Of a stretch of 64,000 nucleotides of DNA, positions 11,863 through 24,675 are shown piece by piece (the stretch's first letter is position 1; each line of letters opens with the position of its first letter). The notes beneath the pieces were generated by a model. The model was not told where the DNA came from. It saw nothing but the letters and a program-made list of their open reading frames with translations, and made no database searches. Source of the DNA: Eledone cirrhosa (lineage: Eukaryota). The stretch spans positions 353,958,001-354,022,000 of the forward strand of contig OZ024740.1 in assembly GCA_964016885.1 (NCBI GenBank), read 5' to 3'. The position numbers and the translations under genes were made by a program.

Positions 11863-12914
11863 TCATATGCAAGCCTAGTTTTCTACAATACTTATAAAGG
11901 AAAAATATATTTGTTTTTTTTCTGTTATTTTCATATAATTAGACAGGCCTTAAATTTAAAGTGAACATTGTAACTGGATAATTGTGAAAGAATTGTCATG
12001 TTCACATTTGAATTGATGCTGGCCGTGAAGTGAACATGCATCAACTGAAAAATGAAGCTTGGTCGTTATATTGACTCACCCAGTAGGTAACTGTTTCTCT
12101 TCAGTATACGCTGCATAAATAAAATAATAGTTAAAGAGAATGTGAGTGCAATGGTGGATAACAGTAAAAAGAACGAATAAAAGACAAACTAAAATTATAC
12201 AATAGAGAAAAAGATAATCAATATGAAAGAGAAACAAGATCAGACGATAGAAATGAAAATGAAAATAACAAAGGGGAAGAGATAAATAGAAAGCAAAGGA
12301 GTGAAAGCGGAAGAAAAGAAAAGAAGCATAAAAAGAAAAAGAAAATACAGACAGAAGAAAATATAAGAAATATAAAAGGAGTGATAGAAAAAGAGGAGAA
12401 AACAGATAAATAAAAGGTCAAAGGATAAAAAAGGGAAGGAAAAAAAGGAAGGAAACGCAAAAAATAAAAAATACAGGAAGTAAAATAGATATTCAGAAAG
12501 AGAACGAGAAAAGAGAAAAGAAAGCAAACACTGAGGAAAGAAAGAGAAATTAAAGTAGAAAGACAAAACAGAAAAGGAATGTGGATAAAAGAAAGCTAAG
12601 AAGTAAAATTCAAGTACGAGGAAGCAACAAAAACGTATGAAGAAACCGTAATGGCTCTCTGAAAGGATTCTGTAAAAGAGAAATGAAGTGATGTGGATTT
12701 ATGGTTGGTCACCATGAGAACATACAACTGCAAGTGTAACGGAACTAGTCAATGCAGCAATCTGATTGAAATATACGAATTATCTCTCAATAAGCTTCTG
12801 CAGCTTCTAGTCGTGTGGACGTGGGCCAGTTCCAAGTTCGATCCTTGTATGCAGATCCGTTATCATCATCATTATTATCATCATCATCATATCATTCTTC
12901 TTCTTATTATTATT

Positions 12915-13052
12915 CTGAGTTCAAATCCCGCCGAGGTTGACTTTGCCTTTCATCCTTACGGGGTCGATAAAGTAAAGTACCAGTAATGGACTGGGTATTT
13001 GCTGGCCTTGTGCCTAAAGTAGAAACAATTATTATTATTATTATTATTATTA
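12915..13052 (+). mobile_element. SINE family A with (TTA)n tail
   Basis: ctgagttcaaatcccgccgagg...gtagaaacaattattatt. Confidence 0.85.
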
Positions 13053-14818
13053 CTTGTTTGTTGAAATGAATATCAAGCCACTACCTGCAGCCTCAGATAT
13101 TCATGGCGTATCGGAGGGTTCTTGCTGTTCCAAACAAGCATGCCTTTTGAAGCGTTCCAAAAAGCGTGAAGGGGCCAATTTTCTTTAACCATCCCTGGAA
13201 ACTTTTTGAGATAGTCCCTAGTGCGCCTATGACAATCGGGATCACCTTGACTTCATGGCAGTTCCAAATCCTTTTTACCTCCCACTTTAAGTCCTGGTAT
13301 CGGTTAATTTTCTCCCTCTCCTTCTCTTGCACTCTCGTGTCGAATGGGCAGGTCACATCCACAATCAGGCACGATCTTTTTTCTTTGTCCAAAACCACCA
13401 GATCAGGTCTATTGTGTTCCAGTTTCTTGTCCGTCTGTATCCTAAAATCCCACAGCACCTTCACCTGATCGTTTTCTATCACCGCCTCTGGCTTATGCTC
13501 ATACCACTTCTCAGAATGTGGTAAATTGTTTACTTTGCATAGGTGCCAGTGGATCACCCTGCCCATCACATCATGTCTCCAGCCCTTATAGTGAGTCTGG
13601 GCTAGGTGTTTACACTCGGATACAATGTGAGCCACAGTCTCCTCTCTCTCTCCACAGATCCTGCACAGTGGGCTAGCCTCCTCCTTGTAAATGTGGTGTT
13701 TCAACCACTTCGTTTTGAGGGCCTGCTCCTGCGCAGCCATTAACATTCCTTCTGTAGCCTTTTTAAGGTCTCCTCTTTTCAACCACTTCCATGTCTGTGG
13801 ATCTCTGAATTCAGTTTTCTCAAAGAAGGTACTATGAAGGGATTTTTCCTGAAGGCTGCTCTTTCTCTTTGATGTTATTTCCTCCTTGGACATCCCCAGG
13901 TCTATTGTCCTCTCCTTCAGTACAGTTCTGAGCATTGGCTCCTTACTACCAGTCACGTATTTGTGTAGGTTGTTTTTCTCCATCTGAACACAGTCCTCTA
14001 TGCTGATAATACCTCTTCCACCTTCAGATCTCCTTAAGTAGAGTCTATCGACATCACTCCTCTTGTGGAACATGTTGTAGATAGTCAATAGCTTCCTAGT
14101 CTTCCTATCCATTTCTTTTTGTTCAGCAACATTCCATCTCAGAATTCCCTCACTGTACCTAATAATAGACACAGCTCGGGAATTTACTGCACTTATGGCA
14201 TTCCTACTGTTCAGATGTGACTTTAATACGCTCCTTACTCTCCGAATGTATTCAGTTCTTATCAATTCCTTCATTTTTTTGTTCTTGATGTCATCAGCCT
14301 CCAGAACACCCAAATACTTGTATCCTTCTTCAGTGTCAATTTCCTTTATCATCTCACCTGTTGGTACCTGGATTCCGTTACTTCTGCTCAATTTACGCCT
14401 CTTCATCACAAGGACTCCACACTTACTAATACCAAATTGCATACATATATCATTGCTGAAAATACGGACAGTGTCAACAAGCACATCCAACTCCTTCTCA
14501 CTCTTCCCGAAGAGCTTAAGATCGTCCATGAAGAGGAGGTGATTGATGGTAAGCCCTCCCTTTCCCAACCTGTATCCTGCTCTCACTTTTCGCAGTACAC
14601 TGGTCAGGGACATCAGGGCAAAGACAAACAACAGAGGGTCTAGTGTCCTGTCCTTCAGTACAATTCTGAGCATTGGCTCCTTACTATCAGTCACGTATTT
14701 GTGTAGGTTGTTTTTCTCCATCTGAACACAGTCCTCTATGCTGATAAGACCTCTTCCACCTTCAGATCTCCTTAAGTAGAGTCTATCGACATCACTCCTC
14801 TTGTGGCACATGTTGTAG

Positions 14819-14820
<2 letters not shown>
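13053..14820 (-). mobile_element. R4/Dong-clade non-LTR retrotransposon, 5'-truncated (RT C-half + CCHC + restriction-like endonuclease)
   Basis: HLLFMDDLKL, YKYLGVLE, CRIC..ETVAHIVSEC, RHD, RPDLVVLD..IVDV..KEREKINRY, IVIGALG; flanked on both sides by (TAA)n. Confidence 0.92.
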
Positions 14821-14863
<43 letters not shown>

Positions 14864-14872
14864 GTTGTTATT

Positions 14873-15061
14873 ACTCTTTGAGTCTCAGTCATTGATGTTA
14901 TTTAACTGGAAAGTTTGTTGAGATGAATATCAAGCCACTACCTGCAGCCTCAGATATTCAGGACGTATCGGAGGGTTCTTGCTGTTCCCAGCAAGCATGC
15001 CTTTTGAAGCGTTCCAAAAAGCGTGAAGGGGCCAATTTTCTTTAACCATCCCTGGAAACTT
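14873..15061 (-). mobile_element. Second R4/Dong 3' end with longer 3' UTR and (TAA)n tail
   Basis: 14914-15061 nearly identical to 13056-13204. Confidence 0.88.
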
Positions 15062-16012
15062 AGCTCTGACAATGCAATCTTCGTGTTTCGCATTGAAGAA
15101 ATGGTCTAATGCCATTCTCGCCGCTAGCACGTCAGTTGCAATGCCACTACCAATAGCCTCGTCTAGCTTATCTACCAACTCCCCCTCCTTTCTATTTTTC
15201 TCTAACGCTACTTCTTTGCTAAACTCTATCGACATTACTCTAATCTCTCTTTTGAGAGCCCCCCACCATCTATTGTTGACGACTCCCCCTGTCAACTTTT
15301 TATTAACTAAATTGTTGACCTGGTCCCTGTAAGCCTTACGTGCCGGAAATGACAGGTTTAGCTTCCAGTAACCAGGTCCCAACCTACGCGTCTTATCTAG
15401 GTCGACCATACAGATCACAAACTTGTGATCTGAATAGGCGACCGTTTCAAAACGTTGACAGCTTACACTATTTCTGTCTATTTTCCTAATGAATATCCTG
15501 TCTATATACGATCTAGATGACCCTATGCGGTTAGCCCAGGTCCACACTGGTGCATTAGGGAAATCTAGTCGGTACCTGTCAGACAGTTGGAACTGGCTGA
15601 TCAGGTTCTTGAGGCTTTTGCACCCCCCGCTCCTATCGGATACTCCCACACAGTCCCAGCGTGCGTCTAAGATGCCGTTCCAGTCCCCCGCTAACAGTAA
15701 AGGGCGAGACATACCCAGAAAGGCTTCCAGGCGTCTAAAGAAGTCCGGCCGTCCTGCCCCAGTAGGAGCATAGACGGCCACCAGTCTAAAAGCACCACCT
15801 TCGTTATTGTTCACGTCCAGGACCACCAACTTCCCGTCCGGGTCCCGGAAGATCGACCTTACCTCGAGATCCGGGCCTTTCCTAAACAGCACTGCCACCC
15901 CGCCTCCCATTCCCGGCCGACTAACAGATGCAAAGATCTGATAGTCGTTGAAAATGGGGGCTAGTGCGCGTGTGTCGGAAATCCTGGTCTCGCTGACGGC
16001 AATTACATCCAT
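15062..16012 (-). mobile_element. Tx1/L1-group ORF2 fragment (AP endonuclease)
   Basis: DVIAVSET, GGGVAVLF, VYAP, LAGDWN, SYIDRIF, SDHK, GPGYWKLN motifs. Confidence 0.9.
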
Positions 16013-16310
16013 TTCTAATGTGCAGGTCTGATGATGTGGGTATTAATCATAATGCTCCTATTACCACAAGGATAGTGTTTGTGGTCATCCTCCACATGCG
16101 GTTGATCTCTATTTTCAGGTCTGGGTGATGGTTGTACCATTTTCCTCAGTTTTCAGATCATAAAACCTGCACATTACGCAGTGTAAGTATTGTCGCACTC
16201 TATCATGCCTCGTTTTATATTCCTGGGCAGTTTATGCCTTGCAGCTTGAAACCAAGTGATCAATTGTTTCAACATGATCATCACAGAATCGACAGTCAGT
16301 AAATATGTGT
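16013..16310 (-). mobile_element. Degenerate R4/Dong fragment of a different subfamily
   Basis: Minus-strand translation CRFCDDHVETIDHLVSSC..YKTRHDRV..WYNHHP // DLKIEINRMW..VVIGAL. Confidence 0.7.
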
Positions 16311-16669
16311 TCATTAAGGCAATTTCCCATCAATCAAAATGAAAGATTAACAATCGACAACATAATAGTGATCAGGGCAAATACATGTGATAAATGACAC
16401 CACGGGATACGAAGATTGTTGAGGTCTTTCGATAAAACAACAAGATTGAAAGAGAAAGAGGATAAAACATAGGAGAGGGAGAAACAAAAAGGGGAGCAAA
16501 ACAGTGTAGTAGAGAGCATATTATCCTGTCTTTTGTTTGTCTCAGTCGAAAAAACTTAATATTTATCTTTTGTGGGTTTTTTTTTATTACTGCAACATCC
16601 CCTAATAGGGATTTTAGAATAACTAATGGCATCACTGAATGCTGGTGATAATGTCGTCTATCGACGAAA

Positions 16670-16847
16670 TTGGCACACGGCCAACAATTATCCCAGTACA
16701 TAACTGGTACTTTATTTTATCGACCCCGTAAGGATGAGAGGCAAAGTTAACCTCGACGGAACTTGAACTCAGATCATAAAGGACCGTAACCATATGCTGC
16801 AAAGCATGGCATCCGACCTTCTACCGATACTGCCAATCCACCGCCCT
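16670..16847 (-). mobile_element. SINE family A, full-length head
   Basis: Reverse complement closely matches 44807-44991. Confidence 0.85.
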
Positions 16848-17107
16848 CAGCTACCAAATAATAGCTGATGAAAGAACCCTATATTTACATCTGACGTTTT
16901 TGTTTCTTCCAAAGCCTGATACATGTTCATTACCCTCTATGCTTATTTTTCTTTTAATATGTGGACTAACGCTCGTAGGATTTGTTCTACATTATCTCTG
17001 TGTACTTCTGTTTCCTATCAACGACTCTCTTTTTGTCACCTTTAATCTCGCAATTTCTTTTTCTTTTCTGTTTTTCTCTATGCGAACTATTGTCTGTATT
17101 TCTCAAC

Positions 17108-17181
<74 letters not shown>

Positions 17182-17225
17182 ATACACTACACACACGCAC
17201 ACGCACACGCACACGCACGCACACA

Positions 17226-17291
<66 letters not shown>
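17108..17291. repeat. (CT)n(TA)n(CA)n compound microsatellite
   Basis: Direct inspection. Confidence 0.95.
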
Positions 17292-17785
17292 CGCATATTT
17301 CTCTCACTCTCCCTTTCTCTCTAGTTCTCTACTGCGCTCCATTCCTTGCAATTTTGCCTTCTCAAATACCTACCCCCTCTCATACTCCTATCATTTCCCG
17401 ACTTCGATTCACTGCAGATCATCTCGCCTTCTTACTCTATGTACTATTTCATCCTTTATGTTCAAAGACCATTTGTTCAAACACTTATCATTATGTACTT
17501 TCTTCACCAGTGTTACTTTTGTGCACTATCGTCCAGGGTTTTGCTTTGCTTGTTTTGTTTCATTTCAGTCTGTTTGATATCCTTTCATGCTGCCTATACA
17601 CATTGTCCCGTTTTTTTGTATGTCTCAATCGAAAGACCTCAATATTAATCATTTGTTGTGATCCTATCTTTACTACAACATTCCCTAGCAGCAATTTTTA
17701 TAGCTACTGGTAGTGGGAGTCAAACTTGCCTTTATAGTGAACTGGTAAAAATCCAGGATATGTAGGTATATATGCATGCAAGCAG

Positions 17786-17816
<31 letters not shown>

Positions 17817-17867
17817 TGTATGTATGTATGTATGTATGTATGTATGTATGTATGTATGTATGTATGT

Positions 17868-18320
17868 CAGGTCGCTCTCGAGTGCTACTGGTAACATGTA
17901 ACCCAGTACAACCTGTCTCATGGTCGGGTCGTCGGCGATTAAATCAGCAACCCCACCAAGCTAGCTTGGTGAGGAGTGTTATATTTGGGATGAAATACAA
18001 GACCCAGCAATGGGTGGAGGAACTCAGCAGAGTCAACAGCCATCCAAATAGTTTTTTTTTTGCACCTGGGAGTGAAAGGCTCCCAGTTGTTGTCACAACA
18101 CCTTTCTAAGAGAGGGAAACTCTGAAAAGAAACCTGCGGCTTCGGAAGTATCCGATGATGTTGAGCAGTTCCCCTTTTCGGATAGTGTTTTCGATGCTCA
18201 GAGAGTGGGATTGATCAAGTGCAAGGCCTTTCTCCACTTAAAAAACCTTCAAAGCACAGGTATTATTTGTTCAGGATATGTTACAGGTTCATGTGGGTTG
18301 GCCGTAGCCTAAAAATGAAC
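17868..18320 (+). mobile_element. Possible RTE-like LINE 5' UTR region following (TATG)n
   Basis: GC-richer structured island with ctaagagagggaaactctga..aaacct motif reminiscent of RTE 5' UTRs; no ORF. Confidence 0.3.
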
Positions 18321-18469
18321 GAAACTCTATAATCTGACAAACGATTGCAATACTCTTAGCAGAGTTTGCAGCCATCATGTATGTATGTTTGTATGCATGT
18401 TCTTTTGGTTTCTAACATAGACACAAGAATCTTTCATTGGAATTTAGACAATATCAACTAAGTAAACAC

Positions 18470-20280
18470 GTACGACGCATGCTTGCGCCTCCCCTGCTAG
18501 ACCATCGATGACAAGTGCCTACCTTGTCGCTAACACCTTGACCAAAATGTCAAACTCTACATTTAGTAGAGTTACGGACCTCACATGATCAATAAAGTCC
18601 CCCTTGTTCAGGTCCTTTCACAGTAGCACCACTATACTCCTCGGCTCACAGAACTGGGATCTCTCCCGTTCTGTTACCAGTTGCAGTAGACGTCTGCCAA
18701 GAAGACACCAAACAAATTTGGCATGTAAGCGTAAAGCTTCTAGATCATCTAAACCGGTGACTTACCACTCGTGCAGTTAGGCATCACCTCCAGTATTTCA
18801 GCGGCTGTTATCGGCTTTTCACAACACGTCAACTCAGTGGCCGTGAGCCACGGCAGTCCTTAGAAGCAGACACAGTAGGCCATTTCATGATCCGACCCAC
18901 CACCGCTCCCGAACAGTTGAGCGAAGTATTGCTGAAAAGCCGCATACATGTGCTTGGGATGAAATAGCATGGACTCGTCGTGCTCGGCCAAAGGCCAGAT
19001 TGTGAATTTGTAGGCACGGTGTGCTTGGGATGAAGTGGTATGCAGACACGATGTACCTCTGCCACACGAGCCTAATTAACGGCTTTCATCTCCTCGTGTC
19101 TAAGAGCACACATCTAGCTCTGAAAAAGCTGCCTTGGTGCTTTGCGTTGAAGAATTGATCGAGAACCAATCTCGCGACAAGCTTGTCTGTGCCGTTTCGT
19201 CTAAACTCCTTTTCTAATTTTCTACCTAGCTCTCCCTTTAGTTTAGTTTTCTCTGTTGTTACTTCCTTTACAAAACCTTATCGATTCTACTCTAATCACC
19301 TTTTTCAGGACTAACCACCATTTGATGCTGACGATAGCCCCTGTCAACACCCACTTAGCTAATTCACTAATCTGGTCACTGTATGTTTTGAGTCCTGGAA
19401 AGGGTGCATTCATCTTCCAGTAACCGGGTCCCTGTTAATCAAGCCTATCTATGTTGACTATAAAGATCACAAATTTGTGGTCTGTGTAGTCAATTACGTG
19501 TGGACAGCCTATGCTAGCCTTATCTACTTTCCTACAGAATACCTTATCCAGATACGATCTGGATGACCCGATGCACTTTATCCATGTCCACATTGGCAGA
19601 CTCGGGAAAGCCAGTCGATACCTGTCAGACAGTTGGGGGTGCATGCGATACTTTTACACTTTTCTCCTCTATCTACTATCCCCACACAGTCCCAGCGTGC
19701 GTCTAAGCATAGTTCACTTACACTAAAAAGGGAGACATCCCTGTAAAAGATCTCCAGGCATCTGAAGAAACGAGGCATTCCTGCCACTGTTGGGGCATAG
19801 ACGACCTCTAGCCTAAATAAATAGCTTTCGCTACTGATCACGCCCACCACCAAATTACTTTCTGGGTCCAGGCAGATAGTTTTAATTGTGAAATCCAAGC
19901 TTTTTCGAAAAAACACCACAATTCCGCCTCAAGATCTCGGATGACTTGGGGATACGTACACTTCGTAGGCACCGAAAATGGGGCCAAAGGCTCGTGTCAG
20001 AAATTTTGGTCTGACTGATAGCCTCCACATCTATATTCGCTAACTCGAGATCGTTGAGCAAGAGCCTTGCTTCTATGTGCAGTTACACTACCTATCCTGA
20101 ATGAGACCATATTCGATGAAGAGGAGGAGGAAAGGTGAGAAGGACCATTTACCTCAACCCCACGGAGGGAGGACGGTTGATCTGTCCCTGTGGCCAATTG
20201 AAAGCATCTCCACAACAATGTCGGTGTGTATCCTTTTAGATATCGTTCCCTAACAATCTCCAATAGCATCAGAGAAATTT
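18470..20280 (-). mobile_element. Degenerate Tx1/L1-group element (ORF1 end, APE, RT start)
   Basis: MVSFRIGS, VYAPTVAG..FFR, SRSYLDKVF, TDHKFV, YWKMN, and TLLNVEFDILVKVLATR RT motif; homologous to 15062-16012. Confidence 0.8.
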
Positions 20281-20864
20281 TATTTTAGGTTTGTGTATGT
20301 TTATTGGTCTCTTGTAATTATTTTAATGTGTGTGGGTAGTTCGATTGTTTTGTGGGTTAGTAGGTCTTTTTTTTTTGTAAAGTTGGTGTTGTGCTGTATA
20401 TGGTTAATTAGTTTTCTATTGTTTGTGTCTATTATTGTACAATATATGAAGTTTGTGTATTATTGTTGGGTTTGCGTTTGTTGTTGTTGTGGGTGCTCGT
20501 TGGATTGTGTTGGAATTGTTGTTGGGGCATGTAGTGTTGGTGGTGTTGGTAGTGATGATGGCGAGGCTTGTGTGGGTATTGGTGTTAGTTGCCTAACCAC
20601 CTTACTTTTTTTCTTTCACTTTCGGCCTCTTCTTTTTTTTTTTGAGGGCGAAGACAGGGAGTGTTTTTTTGTTTTTTTTTCTTATAGAACACGGCTTGCT
20701 ACCCCTTACCCTCGTCACAATCCATTTCCAACGCTGTAACCTCAGGGAGGAGATTTGCTCCCTCCTGGACTCACTTTGCAGTCGCGGAATAGGCAGTTGA
20801 GAGATCATATGTGGTCAGAATATCTAAGGTAAAAATCGCAGGATAGATGTTACGTGTAAAACCA

Positions 20865-21027
20865 ATCGGCAGCAGGCCCAAGAGTAGACCTTGAGCATGA
20901 TGGTTGGATAACATCCATGACATTCGCTGGTCTCGCTTGAAGAAGAAGAAGAAGAAGAAGAAGAAGAAGAAGAAGAAGAAGAAGAAGAAGAAGAAGAAGA
21001 AGAAGAAGAAGAAGAAGAAGAAGAAGA
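20865..21027 (+). mobile_element. RTE 3' fragment running into (GAA)n
   Basis: gatggttggataacatccatga..gctggtctcgcttg matches 34555-34955; (GAA)n 20939-21027. Confidence 0.65.
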
Positions 21028-21237
21028 ACGGCGATGATCACCATCATGTTAAATATCGGCTAAACAGTATGAAAGAAAACAAAATAGTGTACATATGGAT
21101 AAAGTTTTTCATTATATTTATTACTATATTATTGGTACTTTAATTCATACATATTTATATGTGTGTGTGTTTACATTTATATATATGCAAGTACATTGTA
21201 TCATATATCAATGGAAATATATATGTACACACACACC

Positions 21238-21359
<122 letters not shown>

Positions 21360-22429
21360 TCTATAGAAATCATCTTTTCAGACTAATTCTACTTCAGTTC
21401 AGTAAGCTGGCAATATTGCCTCGTGTTAAAAATTTAGTAAAAAAAAAAAAAAACAGGTTTACTATCACAAGTGGTGTCTATCTGAATCGTGCGTGACTAT
21501 CCAATTCGTGGTCCTGTCACGCGCTGTACTAGGCCATCAGTTGAAATTGTGTGAATAATTATTGCAAAGAAATACAACTGCAACGTTAAGAATAACAAAA
21601 AATATAAGAAGAACGTTAACAACTTCTTAGTTTCTGAAAAGCACGTAAACATGATTACAACTAAAATCGTGAGATTTTCACGACGCTATCGATGTAACAT
21701 AGGTGATAAGTCCCGGGTTAAGAACGTCCATTACTTTGGTTCGATTGCCAACAGCAACCTTCTGATATATACTCCCAACCTCATCAAATGTAGCTAAAAA
21801 TCAAGAAATGAAATCTATATATAGTAAATGTCTCTATATATTAACATGCTAAGAGAGTACAACAACGGAAGACTTGAGTGGAAGGAAAGACCTCCTTCAC
21901 GAAACTCGGCCATTACTTGACCTCTCTACATTTTCGTGTAGTGGTGAGTAGATAATTGCCAGTGTACAGCAATATAAATTGATGATTGACAGTATTATTT
22001 CTATGTTTGGGAAGTACTTTGTATGGAAACAGTATATGTTAAAGCAGACATTCGGACCTGTCAACTCTCCCCATCCGGCGGGGAGATCTCCCACCCACTT
22101 TCGAGAAAATGGGTTTAGCTCTCATTATGTAAACCCCACCCCCCTCTATTTGCCTCATTTCTTCCCGTTTTAAGGTAATTTTTTTCGTGGTACTCCCTGT
22201 TTGGGGTTTTAGAGTTTGGCAGGTCTGGACATTGTTAGATTATAAATCTCATATGATAGATTTATTTGATTTCCTTTTGATTATGAACTATAACAATATA
22301 TTAAATTCAATGTACTTCAATATATCACTGATATATATTTTATTAACATTTCGTGATATAATTAAGTGCACCAATGATTATGGGCTCACAATTAAATTAA
22401 ATGTAGAATCTGGGTAAGATATGTCGTAA

Positions 22430-23258
22430 GTTTGTGGACACATCATGACCAAATGGTCAAGAGAATAGCTTCACAATGATAAGGTTCCAGGTTCCATCTT
22501 ACTGCGGGATATCTTGGTCAAGTGTCACTTACCATAACGTCAGTTTAATGCATGACTTTTTTTTTCGGCCACAAACCTCAGTACTGCAGCTCGCTATGCT
22601 GAGGAGAGGAAGATAAACAGATACCGGGGATTGTTTGGCCGCTTCCTCTTCGCATCGGTTACCGTCGAGACCTCAGGCGTACTTAGACTCCGTACTGCCG
22701 AGCTCCTCTGCAAGATCAGAACATCGGTGGCTCGTCTGAGCAAGGAGCCGCATCTCGCGATGGGGTGGCTGTTGCAGAAGGTGTCACGGGAATGCTTTTG
22801 CTGCCTTGTCCGCGGGGCGCAGCCCCATTACCGCCGCGCCCTAGGCCCAGAACCCATCATCCTCCCCACCACATTCTTCTGCAACACTAGACCCCTTACC
22901 GTTCCCTTCCTTTTCCGTTTTTTATATTTTCCTATTTTCCATTCCATTCTTTCTTCTCAATCTATTTTTTTTCTTTCTGTATTAAATTGTTTTTACTATT
23001 ATAAACATCAATTTAGTACTGTAAATAAACTGCTTTAAAACTATGAAATTGGGTAGACATTAATTGGAAGCCCGCCGGATGGACTGTACTTGTAATTCAA
23101 AGACCTACTCTTGACACTTGCTGTGTCACACTGAATCTCCCCGAAAATACATTAATGATACTTGTGTGTGGAATGTGCAGCCTGTTGTTAATTTCATGAG
23201 CAGGCTGTTCCATTGATCGAACGTGTGGAACACTTATCGTAGAAATCGACGGAGGTGC
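22430..23258 (+). mobile_element. SINE family B split by a CRE insertion (22430-22556 and 23041-23258)
   Basis: tRNA-like head (tgaccaaatggt..ggttccatc), ttggtcaagtgtc CORE-like block, resumes gggtagac..gaagccc after the insert. Confidence 0.65.
22565..23040 (+). mobile_element. CRE-clade-like non-LTR retrotransposon 3' end
   Basis: TAARYAEERKINRY..FLFASVTVETSG..WLLQKVS / GNAFAAL (restriction-like endonuclease C-terminus); pyrimidine-rich UTR, AATAAA, short A tail. Confidence 0.7.
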
Positions 23259-23849
23259 ATTCCATATCCATAATTGTTCATACCTACGGTATTTACAAAT
23301 ACTTTCATTTTTATCAGTAACAAGTACTTTTATTACTGTAAATACACCAACGTTGTGTCAAATCAAGATAGTGATTAATTATAATTTAATTTATTGTTAG
23401 GGAATAACGAGATGCATATAAAACTCCTAACATTTATGCTTAACCACCACGAGATATCTATATCTCTTCCAGGTTGGAATTCAAACTGGTTCACAGAGAA
23501 TCTGTTCTGCTCTACAAACGTCCCTTCATAAGAGCTGTAGATACAATGAAACATTTATCAGTTCGCTTCCCTTTCTAGAAAGAGGGGCCAAGCCTTCTTC
23601 GTATCACATCCTACCGGCTTAGAGAGATTATATATAGTAATTCTAGAATCTAGAATTACCGTGTATCTAGAATCTAAATTCACTAATTCTGAGTGTATAT
23701 CTATATACATACATTCTCATTTGATATTAGATGTAGACATGTATATAATCACATGCATATGTGTGTGTATGTATTGTATATATGTCATCTTGAGAGTGTA
23801 TTGTAAGTCTCTATCTCTCTCTCTGAGAGCATCTATGCTACGTACATAG

Positions 23850-24450
23850 ATTACCGAATCCCAAATCGGTTATTGACTCTATTGTTAAGGGGTATACTCA
23901 AGAATCTTCAGGCCGTTGTCTAATGAAGATATTTGAACATCACCACCTGATATAATAATGGAGCTTTAACTAGATCTGGTTATAGTGAGAAAATATCTTA
24001 TACCCCTATCCCTTATATTATAAACCTTATAAAATTACGGATGTGATTACTAGTAATTCTGTTAATAAAATTAAAATTAAAATAACAATAGATATAATGA
24101 ATATAGGAACAAAAATGATATCTATAAACCACTTGAATCTCACCATTCTTCTAACTGTAATAAAGTAGATAATCCGGTAAATGTTAATCCCAGTAACCTG
24201 AATATGAATAATGATCTGCTTACCAACCCTCAGTCCTTTGTATATTCAGACTCTGATAATGTTTACCTATATTATGATATTTTACACACTTTGAATAGTC
24301 AATCCCACTTCAGATGTAGTTAATAAACTTAGCCGAAATCCTTCTAATAACATTACCTATAAATCTCAATATTATGCTGCTAAATAACCACACTGTAAGC
24401 GTAAAAGTCGTCGATGTGACACGGCGTTGTTTAATCCACTTTACTCTGAT
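23850..24450 (+). mobile_element. Degenerate Penelope-like RT thumb/linker fragment
   Basis: PKSVIDSIVKG..ALTRSGYSEKISY..RKSRR..FNPLYS, homologous to 57570-58080. Confidence 0.6.
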
Positions 24451-24454
24451 CTAC

Positions 24455-24675
24455 CTGTTAGCCATGCTTGCCCTAGCAAGAATCTCAGTGTCTGGAACGA
24501 ATGTGTTCCAGCTTATTTTGAGTATATGCCGGAAGCACTTCTGTTGAAACTGCTCCAACATGTCAACATACCGTGTGTACAACGTCCATGTTTCAGATGA
24601 ATACAATAGTACGGAGAGTACAAATGAGACGTATATCTTAGTCTCCAATACCTACGAATGCCCACATTTCCACTA
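24455..24675 (-). mobile_element. RTE-clade LINE fragment
   Basis: VLSVLLYSSETWTLY..LEQFQQKCFRHILKISW..VPDTEIL. Confidence 0.8.

Noticed and set aside
12150-12650. Hydrophobic F/L/S-rich ORFs (also 5883-6177, 7840-8320)
   Set aside because: Low-complexity purine- or T-rich DNA
14930-16012. Host exo/endo/phosphatase gene
   Set aside because: Tx1 APE fragment with an out-of-frame Dong tail
16860-16920. CTGATGA...hammerhead candidate
   Set aside because: GAAA missing and no helix I or III
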